Of a stretch of 64,000 bases of DNA, positions 18,761-28,001 are shown piece after piece. The position numbers and the translations under genes were made by a program. Position 1 is the first letter of the stretch, and each line of letters starts with the position of its first letter. Under the pieces are notes generated by a model, which was given only the letters and a program-made list of their open reading frames with translations, searched no databases and was not told the origin of the DNA. The DNA is taken from the sequence record LT598654.1; one strand, written 5' to 3'.

Positions 18761-19441
18761 ATGATGGAAGGAAACGAATTGAAGCAAGCATTACGTGCCA
18801 TTAATTGTGACTTAGACAAGTCGCTTGGTACACTATCTAACTACCGTGCTTTGAGTCCTAAGATAGAACTCTTTGTTGGTTTGATGGGAATGCTACAAGG
18901 GATGGCAACAGAACTTTCGGATTCAGCAAGTGACATACTGACAGAGTTAAGCCAGTTGCCTGATAACTTTTCCGAAGTCCTAAATCATGTTAATTTAACA
19001 GTGTCAAAAAACAAAGACATTGTTAGTATTACATACGTTCCAAAAGAAGATGGTTTATCTATGGAACATAGTGCTACAGTGTCCGACACAAACTTCGTGT
19101 GTGCAATGCTTAAAGTGTACTCACGAATAATAGGAGACACTGCTATGACTAAAACTCGATACTTCCACAAACGTATGTCAGGGACTAATACTGGAAAGGG
19201 ATTTGAAACGGCTGTAACCTTCCCAACCGATATGAATACCTACTTACTCTTCCAATCGCATGGTACGGAAGAAGAATACCCAATCGGTGGGCTAGAAGCC
19301 GGTTCTTCTATTCGTTCTCTGTGTAAAGTTGTCTCTATAGACCGAGAGGAAGGTGTGTTGAAGCTAGACTGGTTAGTGCCTTTCTTTGGAAACCTTTATG
19401 TAGTAGGAGATTCGGAAGATGACAACGGAAAGAATAGTTAG
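18761..19441 (+). CDS. hypothetical protein
   Basis: 226-aa ORF with GGAG SD. Confidence 0.75.
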   Translation: MMEGNELKQALRAINCDLDKSLGTLSNYRALSPKIELFVGLMGMLQGMATELSDSASDILTELSQLPDNFSEVLNHVNLTVSKNKDIVSITYVPKEDGLSMEHSATVSDTNFVCAMLKVYSRIIGDTAMTKTRYFHKRMSGTNTGKGFETAVTFPTDMNTYLLFQSHGTEEEYPIGGLEAGSSIRSLCKVVSIDREEGVLKLDWLVPFFGNLYVVGDSEDDNGKNS

Positions 19442-20045
19442 CTATTTTGAAACGCTAAAACGTAACCCTCGTTCTTATGAGCACATACGTAAACGCCTTA
19501 ACCTGACTTGCCAGGAACTCAACACTCTGTTTGTAGACTCAATACCAGAGGCAAAGCAGCTTGAAGAAAGTTGTGCAACCAGTTACGTTAAGTACGGAGT
19601 ATATCCAACACCAAGTAGTACTATAACACTGAAAGTACTTGCACACGATGCTGACCTTCCTGCTTTTATTTTGGCAATTGCCTACAAAAAGTTTGGCATG
19701 TGTGATGAACTTCTGGATTACCTTGACGTACCCTTTATTCGTCTTTTTGATTCGGTGTTTACCCAGCAGCATTTCTTTAAACTATTCGGTATTAAAAAGA
19801 CTGATAAGTTTTTGCGTATCTATATAGGTAACCGCTTCAATATAATGAAAGCTATTGAGGTTTATTGCAAAGCTGAGAAAATTTCTATCGATGTTCGTGA
19901 GCATTATGCGAAGATGGCAGTCATTACCGAAAAGCAATTCTATGAGGCGCACTCACCTAAAGCTGGCCGCAATCGTAAATCAAAGTCCGTGCAAGAGTTT
20001 GAGGATAGTGATATGGAATCCTTCTTAGGAGAAGAACATGAGTAA
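19419..20045 (+). CDS. hypothetical protein
   Basis: 208-aa ORF overlapping neighbours. Confidence 0.75.
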   Translation: MTTERIVSYFETLKRNPRSYEHIRKRLNLTCQELNTLFVDSIPEAKQLEESCATSYVKYGVYPTPSSTITLKVLAHDADLPAFILAIAYKKFGMCDELLDYLDVPFIRLFDSVFTQQHFFKLFGIKKTDKFLRIYIGNRFNIMKAIEVYCKAEKISIDVREHYAKMAVITEKQFYEAHSPKAGRNRKSKSVQEFEDSDMESFLGEEHE

Positions 20046-20619
20046 GTATATCAAACCCATGGATTTCAAGTTGTCTAACAACTTTCGTTTCTACGAGTTG
20101 GTGCGCAGTACCGAAGCCGACCGTCTAGGTATCGATAACACTGCCTTTGTTACCGAAGAAATTCTGGCTAACGCTGTATACGTTGCCGAGACTGTCCTTG
20201 AACCTATACGTAAACTTATTCGCCGACCTTTTACCCCAAATAGCTGGTTTCGCTGTGAAGAACTCGAATTCGTGCTCTGTACACGTAGCTTCTTTAATGG
20301 GTTGGCTAGGCAGGGTGTAGAGGGGGTAGAACGCGATAGAACCCACCTTCTGTACCCTGTAATTTCGTTACTTCCGACTGAATACGCTAGCTATTGGGAC
20401 GCATATTTCGAAACAAAGCAGCATCCTAAAGGAGAAGCTGTAGACTATGAGGTCTCAGGCGTTTCTAACTTAGACCTGTTTGAAATGGCGCGTGACAATA
20501 TCCGGTATGACCAACTCATATTGGAATTCTATCGTAAAGAAGCTGGTCCTAACTCTGGTTGGGTTCATACAAGTACAAAGCGTAAAGGTGCTAACCGTTC
20601 GCAAATTATTCGGTATTGA
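20038..20619 (+). CDS. peptidase M15-type endolysin (Zn D-Ala-D-Ala/L-Ala-D-Glu peptidase fold)
   Basis: LSNNF...E, LEPIR, SWFRC, QHPKGEAVD (H...D Zn ligands), YDQLILE, GWVH (third ligand). Confidence 0.85.
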   Translation: MSKYIKPMDFKLSNNFRFYELVRSTEADRLGIDNTAFVTEEILANAVYVAETVLEPIRKLIRRPFTPNSWFRCEELEFVLCTRSFFNGLARQGVEGVERDRTHLLYPVISLLPTEYASYWDAYFETKQHPKGEAVDYEVSGVSNLDLFEMARDNIRYDQLILEFYRKEAGPNSGWVHTSTKRKGANRSQIIRY

Positions 20620-20622
20620 TTT

Positions 20623-20952
20623 ATGGTTCCTCAAGCAAATCTCGAAGGTGCGGAGACAGTGATTGCAACTACCCCTGCACAGAAAAACCTCGTAGACAAC
20701 ATCGACCCTGAACGTATTTATACGACAGTAGGTATTTACTTAGACAAATCGTTTAAGTCGAATGGTGTTAAAGGCGAGGAACTCAAAGGTCATATCGAGT
20801 ACAACCTAGACCTACGACCCGGTCGTGCTTTCTTTGTTGATGGTGTGTGCTTCAATTCAGGTTACTACGAAACTGAGGAAGACGCGCAGGCAGTGTTTAA
20901 CGAGAAGTGTTCTAAGATCAAATTCAGCATGGACACCAGGCCCTATGTCTAA
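20623..20952 (+). CDS. hypothetical phage protein
   Basis: 109-aa ORF; HIEYN...RPGRAFFVDG. Confidence 0.7.
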   Translation: MVPQANLEGAETVIATTPAQKNLVDNIDPERIYTTVGIYLDKSFKSNGVKGEELKGHIEYNLDLRPGRAFFVDGVCFNSGYYETEEDAQAVFNEKCSKIKFSMDTRPYV

Positions 20953-20970
20953 ACGTCAATTAGGTATTCT

Positions 20971-21282
20971 TTGTTGTGTGATATTCGTTGTGGTATCGAT
21001 GCTATGAGAAAGAAGAAGCAGAAAAGGAAGGCTAAACTTAGCCTAAGGGAAAGTGAACGTAGACGCGCTCAGTCCAAGATAGATACTGAGGATATTGATG
21101 TGGGATGGTCAGAAGGTTCTTTTGATTTAAGTCCTACCGCTTTGGATATTCCGTCTTTAGATTTAGGGGCCTACTCTGACCCCTCTGATACCAAGACTAT
21201 GGTTGCACTATATCCACAGGATGATGTAATAAGTGCTGCCTTCCTATCTGCTAGATTGCGACGGCTAGGGCTAAAGCCGTAA
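20971..21282 (+). CDS. hypothetical protein (start possibly ATG at 21004)
   Basis: basic N-terminus; overlaps the convergent gene by 32 bp. Confidence 0.55.
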   Translation: MLCDIRCGIDAMRKKKQKRKAKLSLRESERRRAQSKIDTEDIDVGWSEGSFDLSPTALDIPSLDLGAYSDPSDTKTMVALYPQDDVISAAFLSARLRRLGLKP

Positions 21283-21835
21283 TAACTCGCCAAGTAAAAC
21301 TATCTACAGCGTTAACCTTCTGTTGGCGCTGTAGTTCTTCCCTGTAGTACTTAGAGAATTCCTCTATTCTTTTTGCTCGGTACGCTTCTAAGCGTAACAC
21401 CCTTAGCAACTGATTCCTTTCTTCTACGCTTAACTCCTGTACATTGTTCAACTGGCTAACCAGCTTTGCGTTCTCTGCACCTGCTTGGTACACATCACGT
21501 ATTTTGTATAGGGTAGGCGTATCAATTAACGTGTATAGCGTGTCTGATTCTGTGGCTGGAGGTAAACCTGATACGTTATCCTCTGCCTTACCAACAAACA
21601 CTTCTTCAAAATAGACTATACCGTCTTTTTCTACAACTCGTACAATCTTTGCATTCTTTACTTTCGATTCTAAGTCAGTTGGATAATCAAAAGGCTTAGT
21701 GTCTTTATGCTCAATCAATTCCAGGTCTAATAAATTAGTCACCTGTTCTATTTCAGCATTTGGTATTTCGGTACTGTCTAACATTGCGCACCCGGTCATC
21801 ATAATAGACACCGTGACCAGTAACCATCTTACCAC
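21251..21835 (-). CDS. outer-membrane lipoprotein, o-spanin candidate
   Basis: lipobox-like MMTG-C at residue 16, coiled coil, hydrophobic C-terminus; follows a TM plus coiled-coil gene. Confidence 0.65.
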   Translation of the reverse strand: MVRWLLVTVSIMMTGCAMLDSTEIPNAEIEQVTNLLDLELIEHKDTKPFDYPTDLESKVKNAKIVRVVEKDGIVYFEEVFVGKAEDNVSGLPPATESDTLYTLIDTPTLYKIRDVYQAGAENAKLVSQLNNVQELSVEERNQLLRVLRLEAYRAKRIEEFSKYYREELQRQQKVNAVDSFTWRVITALALAVAI

Positions 21836-22164
21836 TGTTTACCCTTGAACGCTTCAAGGTTTTCTAAGTCCGACTTTGATTCATCGTACTTAGGCTGTTC
21901 TTCTAATTTCTTTTCTGCAAGGATACGCTTGTTATGAAGCATTTCCTTTTCTTCTTCAAGCTTTTTTATGGCTTGTTGTTGATCAGCTAGCGCCTGTTTG
22001 GTCTGCTCGTCATCAATATCTCGGATTCCTTTTTCAAGTTCACCTACCCGACGACCTGCCTTACCTCCGGTCAGTGCAATAGCTACACCAGTTAAGATAA
22101 GACCTAGACCTGCTAATAGTGCCAGCCAATACTTTTTGTACCAGGGCGTGTTGTCCGTTGTCAT
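21829..22164 (-). CDS. i-spanin (Rz-like) candidate
   Basis: single N-terminal TM then charged coiled coil; overlaps the lipoprotein gene. Confidence 0.65.
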   Translation of the reverse strand: MTTDNTPWYKKYWLALLAGLGLILTGVAIALTGGKAGRRVGELEKGIRDIDDEQTKQALADQQQAIKKLEEEKEMLHNKRILAEKKLEEQPKYDESKSDLENLEAFKGKQW

Positions 22165-22487
22165 TTTTGAATTACCTTCTTAGACGCAGGAGCTTTATTG
22201 AACATACTGTCTACTACATAACCAATAGCAAAGAAAGTAAGCAAACTAGCTTCGGTATTAGTCATTAGTATACCAATGTATGAACTAATTGCAGCAGTAA
22301 CCGCTGTAAAGGTTTGCGATTTATGGGTTAACCAGTACGTGTCCCAATCCGCTTCGAATCGAATACACTTTTTAATATAGTGAACCACTACACCACATGC
22401 AGTTATCATAAAGCTAAGTAACAAATATCCCCATGAATAAATCAATAAGGGACCAAGTAAATCTGAAAGGTTTTTGATTTCTAACAT
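22161..22487 (-). CDS. holin candidate
   Basis: about three hydrophobic segments, basic C-tail; ATG at 22487 with GAGGAG SD. Confidence 0.55.
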   Translation of the reverse strand: MLEIKNLSDLLGPLLIYSWGYLLLSFMITACGVVVHYIKKCIRFEADWDTYWLTHKSQTFTAVTAAISSYIGILMTNTEASLLTFFAIGYVVDSMFNKAPASKKVIQK

Positions 22488-22542
22488 TGGTGTACTCCTC
22501 AGGTTGGTGCAGCCCAAATGAGCTGCAACTTAACCTAAACCT

Positions 22543-22824
22543 TTAAACCTTATCAGCAGGGATAACGCCTTTCTCAGCGAGTTCTGCCTTACGCGCAGCC
22601 CAACGAATCTTAACATTGTTGAAGAACTCTTTGATTTGTTCTTCATCACCTTCGAAAGGCGTAACGTCAAAACCTGATTCTTTAACCTGACCTTCAAAGA
22701 ACTTACGGTATTCTTCCTGCAGGGTACTCAATTCACCTGTGCTTTGGCTTTCCAGTGTGGTGGCAACGTCTACTGCGTCCATGCCAACCATTTGAAGTGA
22801 GCCTAGATTAAGTTGCATCTTCAT
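22543..22824 (-). CDS. hypothetical protein in the fibre operon
   Basis: 93-aa ORF. Confidence 0.75.
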   Translation of the reverse strand: MKMQLNLGSLQMVGMDAVDVATTLESQSTGELSTLQEEYRKFFEGQVKESGFDVTPFEGDEEQIKEFFNNVKIRWAARKAELAEKGVIPADKV

Positions 22825-22832
22825 ATCAATTC

Positions 22833-23411
22833 CTAGTCGTTTAGTATAGCAAGTTGTCCAGCTATAGAGATTGAAATCTCTTTGAGCGTAGCATCGCGTA
22901 GTTCAGGAGCCTTAACAGAAACAATCTCTCCCTTAGAAACCAACATAGGTTCGTTAGGAATAGTAGGACTGAACACGCCGACTTTAGCGCCAGCTGCGAA
23001 AGTAACTGTACCTAAGGTACGGTCTACATCACCGTTCGCATCAACAATACGGATGGTGAAAACTGTTTCGTCGGTTGCTGCATCAATAGCAACAGCCTGA
23101 CTTATTTCAAAATTAGAGTAAAACACGAAAGTACGAACAGCGATACTATTTGCAACTACAGCATCAGGCTTAGGACGACCTACGATTGTAACGCTAATAT
23201 CATAAGGGTTTCGTTCTTCATCTTCCTGCAAGACCCACATTGCTGCGTTGCTTGAGTAGATATAAATACCAGGAACGTACTCACCTTCTGGAGCAGTCAG
23301 TTGGTATTTTTGTGCATTAGTAGGAGCAACCGGGAACGTAGCTCCGCGGCTCGATACTAACTCACGGGAAATTTCACTGTCATCTAATAGGTCAACGCCG
23401 TCAATCTTCAT
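22833..23411 (-). CDS. virion fibre-associated protein
   Basis: beta-rich; RGATFPVAPT...YIYSS...W motif typical of fibre linkers. Confidence 0.6.
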   Translation of the reverse strand: MKIDGVDLLDDSEISRELVSSRGATFPVAPTNAQKYQLTAPEGEYVPGIYIYSSNAAMWVLQEDEERNPYDISVTIVGRPKPDAVVANSIAVRTFVFYSNFEISQAVAIDAATDETVFTIRIVDANGDVDRTLGTVTFAAGAKVGVFSPTIPNEPMLVSKGEIVSVKAPELRDATLKEISISIAGQLAILND

Positions 23412-23647
23412 TAGGCAACCCTCACTTTACCTGTTCGTGGAGAAGTGAATGTAATCTCCAACGTGTTATTATCAATGTTCACAACATCATAAGGAAGTAT
23501 CTTATGGCTGATTCCATCTATATCGATAGTAACGTCGGAAATAACTTCACGCCCTAAGTTATGAATAACAGTCCAAACAGAGGCAGCCACATCTTGAACG
23601 TGAGTATGACCAGAACGGATATTAAGTCTATTTCCGTTAATAGGCAT
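23411..23647 (-). CDS. small fibre-domain protein
   Basis: HVQDVAASVWTVIHNLG...LEITF...GKVRV repeat unit. Confidence 0.7.
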   Translation of the reverse strand: MPINGNRLNIRSGHTHVQDVAASVWTVIHNLGREVISDVTIDIDGISHKILPYDVVNIDNNTLEITFTSPRTGKVRVA

Positions 23648-23657
23648 AGTGCTCTCC

Positions 23658-24275
23658 TTAGATTGCTATAATCTTACCAGTGGTTGACGCAGAGAACGTA
23701 ACAACCGCCGAGTTTACATCAGTGTGTTGAACTGAGTCCGGCTGGATTTCGTAACCGTCAACGATAACTCGGATAAGAGGTTCGTACCCAAGCATGTGAT
23801 TCACGTTAACCGTAGTCTTATCCGTGAACTCCAGTTCGAAAGAAACGTCAGGTTTCGGAGTACCGTCGAAGTTACCGATGATTACGATAGCCTGTCCGAA
23901 TACAGGTACATCGTCGAAAGATACTGTAACCGTATTGTTATCGGTAGACTCAATATCTTTTGGAATGATTACTCGGTTGTTCTCGTCAAAACACTGTACG
24001 ATAACACTGGTGCTATTCATGTTGTGTTGAATTGTCCAGGTTACTGCTGCTTCATCCTGGCTATGGATATACGTGTTAAGCTCTTGCGTTAACGGAATCC
24101 AAACAGGGCTAGAAGCTAAGTCAAGACAAACCATAACACGCTTGTCTTTAAAAATAAATGAACCTACTTTGGGTTCAGTAGGGAAGCTGTCCATCATAGG
24201 CAGAGTAACATTACTCAAAAAGTTGCCTACTAAATCAAGCCCGCCCATGTGTTGAGTATTGCTATAATGCTTCAT
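23658..24275 (-). CDS. fibre protein with two copies of the WTIxHN repeat domain
   Basis: HSQDEAAVTWTIQHNMN... and VNVNHMLG... units. Confidence 0.7.
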   Translation of the reverse strand: MKHYSNTQHMGGLDLVGNFLSNVTLPMMDSFPTEPKVGSFIFKDKRVMVCLDLASSPVWIPLTQELNTYIHSQDEAAVTWTIQHNMNSTSVIVQCFDENNRVIIPKDIESTDNNTVTVSFDDVPVFGQAIVIIGNFDGTPKPDVSFELEFTDKTTVNVNHMLGYEPLIRVIVDGYEIQPDSVQHTDVNSAVVTFSASTTGKIIAI

Positions 24276-24300
24276 GTCTACTCCTAGTCTAAACGGATGA

Positions 24301-24322
24301 AGGGTGAGCCTAAGCCCACCCT
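24301..24322 (-). terminator. stem-loop after the major fibre gene (weak terminator or stabiliser)
   Basis: agggtgggc-ttag-gctcaccct; the G-U pair forms only on the - strand; short U tract. Confidence 0.55.
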
Positions 24323-24340
24323 ACCTTTTCTCAAACTAGA

Positions 24341-26035
24341 TTAAGCTTGAGGAGCAGCACCCATACAAACTGCACGGATAGCAAGACCTTGAGACAAGGT
24401 GATAGTTAACTGCGTGGTGCTATCGAAAGTGATAGAGTCAGGCATGATAACTTCATCGTTTGCATCCAGGACAGTTACGTTAACGTACTGTACGCCGATG
24501 TTGTGAGTTACTGTGTGAGAGGCATCAGCAGAACCAGTACCATCATACACGAAGTATGAATTGTCGATACGAGTTTGCGCAGCATCTACAGCAGACTGTA
24601 CAGTAGCAACAGCGTTGTCAGTGTATTGCTTGGTAGTCGCTTCCATCGCAGCAGTAGGATCAGAAGCTAATACCAGCGCACCTGTCATGGTGTCGCCGTC
24701 TACGTTGATGTAGCGGTTGTCCAGGTAAGTTTCGTCAACGTTAACACCAGTGCCGTCTACAACAACACCAGTACCAGCAGCAACGCTTAACGTAGTTCCG
24801 TCACCACCTTGCAGACCGTTACCCAGTGCAGTAGCGGCAACTTCTACTTCGGTGATACCAGAAGCAGCAACTTTAACACCAGTCGCGCTAGTGCTTAACG
24901 TAGTGCCGTCCAACAACAGGCTTAACTGTGCAGCAGTGTCAACAGAAGGAGTAGAACCGTCTACAGTCAGGAATAAACCTGAGGTAGCATACAGGTCGAT
25001 ACCAACTTCATCAGTAGGCAGTGATGCAACACCAGCACCCATGTTAACGTCGATTACGTTACCATTCTTAACAAGACCGTTACCAGCAGTCAGACCGTCC
25101 AGACCTGAGAACGCAGCCCATGCAGTACCGTTGTAACGCATGTAAGTAGAACCTGCAATGTCATACGCCAGTGTACCAGCAGGAGACAGAGCGGCATCAG
25201 AAACGTCGAAAGCAACAACGAATTCAGAACTTACGTACTCAACAATGTCACCGTCAGCAACGTCAGTGATAGTACCGAAGTTAGCATGAAGGTTAGCAAC
25301 GTCAGTCAGGATGTAGCGGTCACCTTCAGAAGGCGTACCTGGATCAAGAGTCGCATCAATCTGAGTAGCAAGTACATCGTCCTGCCAGTTCAGAGTAGAG
25401 ATAGCGTTGTCCAGGTCAACAAGACGAACAGCATCGTTTGCGTCAACTGGAGCACCTAAGCTCTTGACCAGGTTGCCGTCAAGAATCAGGTTACCCGTCA
25501 TTGAGTCACCAGCTTTGTTTACTGGTACATAACCCAGGTCAGCCTGCTTACCATCCAATTGAGTTTGGATAGGTGCAGTCACGCCAGATACGTAACCGAT
25601 TTCAGCAGCAGTCGTCGCAGATTCACCAACTTTACCACTTGCGTCAGAAACCAATGCAACAGATGCAGTGAGGTCTGAGTCAGTAATAGTAGTCGCGGCA
25701 CCAGTGATAGTGTCTTGCTTAGTAGCAAGTTCTGTATCCAGGTGTCCTTTAGAAACTGCAACACGGTCGCCAGAAGCAGCAGATTGGTCGTTAGAGTTAA
25801 GAACCAACTCACCAGTCATACCCGCATCAGAACCATCGCGTAACAGGTAGTTATCCAGGTCACCACCTTTCGCAAATGGATAGATAGTAGTACCGTCGTA
25901 AAACTTGTACGCTTCTTCGGTTGTGTTGAACCAGATTTGACCAACTCGTGGAGAGGCTGGGTCGGTCGCTAAATTCTCGGCAGCGAAGTTTGAGATAGTC
26001 GCTGAACCGAGTAGAGTAATGGAACCATATTTCAT
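24341..26035 (-). CDS. abundant fibre (hair/whisker) structural protein
   Basis: YVPVNKAGDSMTG and YINVDGDTMTG fibre motifs, DAVRLVDLD, WQDDV...GDRYI domain; visibly skewed codon usage; AGGAG SD. Confidence 0.7.
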   Translation of the reverse strand: MKYGSITLLGSATISNFAAENLATDPASPRVGQIWFNTTEEAYKFYDGTTIYPFAKGGDLDNYLLRDGSDAGMTGELVLNSNDQSAASGDRVAVSKGHLDTELATKQDTITGAATTITDSDLTASVALVSDASGKVGESATTAAEIGYVSGVTAPIQTQLDGKQADLGYVPVNKAGDSMTGNLILDGNLVKSLGAPVDANDAVRLVDLDNAISTLNWQDDVLATQIDATLDPGTPSEGDRYILTDVANLHANFGTITDVADGDIVEYVSSEFVVAFDVSDAALSPAGTLAYDIAGSTYMRYNGTAWAAFSGLDGLTAGNGLVKNGNVIDVNMGAGVASLPTDEVGIDLYATSGLFLTVDGSTPSVDTAAQLSLLLDGTTLSTSATGVKVAASGITEVEVAATALGNGLQGGDGTTLSVAAGTGVVVDGTGVNVDETYLDNRYINVDGDTMTGALVLASDPTAAMEATTKQYTDNAVATVQSAVDAAQTRIDNSYFVYDGTGSADASHTVTHNIGVQYVNVTVLDANDEVIMPDSITFDSTTQLTITLSQGLAIRAVCMGAAPQA

Positions 26036-26085
26036 TTAAGGTTTCTCCTAATAAAACTCATGAGTTATAATTGCATTTGCAAATA

Positions 26086-26874
26086 TTACATAACACACGC
26101 GATGCGAATGCCGTGTAATTCTATTTCGGACATTAACTTATTGAACATTTGGAATGTTCCAAAGTCGTTATCCAGATGGGTTCTATTCCAATAAGACTTA
26201 ACAGTCCAGTAAGCCTTACGGTTTATAAGCCCAAATTCTTTATAGACTTGAATACGTTCATTCACGAGGACAACCTTAGTGTTGTCCCTATATAAATTAA
26301 CATCCACGAAGTCTAAACTGATAAAAGGATAGAAAGTTTCTGAATCTTTATCAGCTTGGTTAGAATACAAATAATCCATTTCGTACAATACATGAAGCAT
26401 ATGGCTAGAAAACTGCGCGGTAAATTTTACAACGTCCGCGAAGCAATTAGTCAAATCCTTACGCAACAATCTTTTATATTTGGTCAGTACGATAGGTTTG
26501 TATACTTTAAAGAGGCGTATAAATACCTCAGTAAAACCTCTATCGAACTGATCCTCGTTTTTGGTCATAGTGATAATGATGTTTTCCATATACTGAGAAA
26601 GTTCATCAATTTCTTCTGACACAATATCCCTGAGTTCTTCTTTACTCAGGTTTTGATTCTTCGACATTTTAATATGCTCTTCCAACTCTATGAGCCAAAA
26701 GCGCAATTGGTGTAACGTATACAGGAAAGTTTCTTTGCAGCTTACACTGAAACGGCTTTCCGATATAATAAGTTGGTTCAATAGAAACTCTCGGACTTTA
26801 TAAAAGTCAGTCCAGGCATTAGATGCAATAATCTGAAATTGAACGTTGTTTGGAACGAAATCGGTTTTAATCAT
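26086..26874 (-). CDS. hypothetical helical cytoplasmic protein
   Basis: 262 aa, AT-rich, abuts the upstream stop. Confidence 0.75.
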   Translation of the reverse strand: MIKTDFVPNNVQFQIIASNAWTDFYKVREFLLNQLIISESRFSVSCKETFLYTLHQLRFWLIELEEHIKMSKNQNLSKEELRDIVSEEIDELSQYMENIIITMTKNEDQFDRGFTEVFIRLFKVYKPIVLTKYKRLLRKDLTNCFADVVKFTAQFSSHMLHVLYEMDYLYSNQADKDSETFYPFISLDFVDVNLYRDNTKVVLVNERIQVYKEFGLINRKAYWTVKSYWNRTHLDNDFGTFQMFNKLMSEIELHGIRIACVM

Positions 26875-27594
26875 TTACTTCACGCCGAACACATTCATAT
26901 CGTCATCCCCTGTTTGGAGATTCCGTTGTGAAGCGTACAGCCCTCTAAGGTCTGAGATTCCTGATTCAATAGTTGCCAACGAAGAACTCAATTGACTGGT
27001 GTTGGTAGACTTGAGCGTTATCATTTCACGACACAAGGCTTCAACAGAACCTAGCCGCGATTCAACCTCTTTTGACTTGTCACCAAAGTCTTTAAACTGC
27101 TGTCTTATAACAGGTGCAAGTTCTTCATTAACACTCTTTATCAAGCCTTTATAGGCACTTTCCGTTTCCAATGAACTGTTTTTCAAGTCTTTAGACATGC
27201 TAGATAATGTATCTTCCAACTTATCGATTGCTTGCCTAATATCCAGTGACGTTTGAACTATTGTATCAATGCGTGTCAGCTTTTCTATTGTGCTTGCTTG
27301 GTCACCAACGTGTTGCTCAAGGTTTGCAATGGTTTCCTGCTGGCTAGCTAACGTTCCGATGTTGTCAGCTACCATAGCATCCAGCGCAGCCACTTTCTTT
27401 TCGTGCTTTTCCCTTAGTTCTTCAAGCTCCTGTTTGTGCTTTTCTCTAAGGTCACGATCATTGTTTTCTAATCCATCTACCCGTTGCAGCTTGGGTACAA
27501 TGAATATTTGGTACACTGCAAAGAAAACTGCTGCCAGTATAATGATAACACCGTAGCCTAAGTTTCCTGTGAGTAACTTTTCTATTATATCCAT
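26875..27594 (-). CDS. membrane-anchored long coiled-coil protein
   Basis: N-terminal TM (GVIIILAAVFFAVYQIFIV) then about 190 aa of heptads. Confidence 0.8.
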   Translation of the reverse strand: MDIIEKLLTGNLGYGVIIILAAVFFAVYQIFIVPKLQRVDGLENNDRDLREKHKQELEELREKHEKKVAALDAMVADNIGTLASQQETIANLEQHVGDQASTIEKLTRIDTIVQTSLDIRQAIDKLEDTLSSMSKDLKNSSLETESAYKGLIKSVNEELAPVIRQQFKDFGDKSKEVESRLGSVEALCREMITLKSTNTSQLSSSLATIESGISDLRGLYASQRNLQTGDDDMNVFGVK

Positions 27595-28001
27595 TACGGC
27601 GATTCTACCGGTGGGAGTTCTGTTTGACTATCATCTTCGGTCATCCTCATATTGAGGTATATGTTAGTACCGCAAAGCTTACTCGTAGGATTAAGTATAA
27701 GCCTGTGAGCGCCTTTTACTTTAGGGTCTTCCGAAATTACCAAGTGACTTATTGTTGGATTTAGTTCTGTACACTTAGACACTGAACCGTCAATCAAACA
27801 CATCGCACTTATACAGTAAATATCTTCCTGTCGTACAACACTTTCTTCTATCCCTTTATTAGAGAGCACTGTTTGGTTTATTGTTATTAGGAGTACTGCA
27901 ATGAGTGAACCCCATATCAACATGTTACCTACACGGTATCTCTTTTTTTGTTCTTCTGATAAGGCGTAGCCGCTACCAGTTTGTTGGTCGTTGTTAGCCA
28001 T
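27594..28001 (-). CDS. single-pass membrane protein with Cys-containing domain
   Basis: KKRYR then TM (MLIWGSLIAVLLITI); four Cys downstream. Confidence 0.75.
   Translation of the reverse strand: MANNDQQTGSGYALSEEQKKRYRVGNMLIWGSLIAVLLITINQTVLSNKGIEESVVRQEDIYCISAMCLIDGSVSKCTELNPTISHLVISEDPKVKGAHRLILNPTSKLCGTNIYLNMRMTEDDSQTELPPVESP

Noticed and set aside
24750-25850. + strand ORFs inside the major fibre gene, and many similar shadow ORFs in the track (e.g. 3630-4496, 30410-30889, 42169-42534)
   Set aside because: They are antisense shadows of strongly biased coding frames, with no RBS or recognisable motifs.
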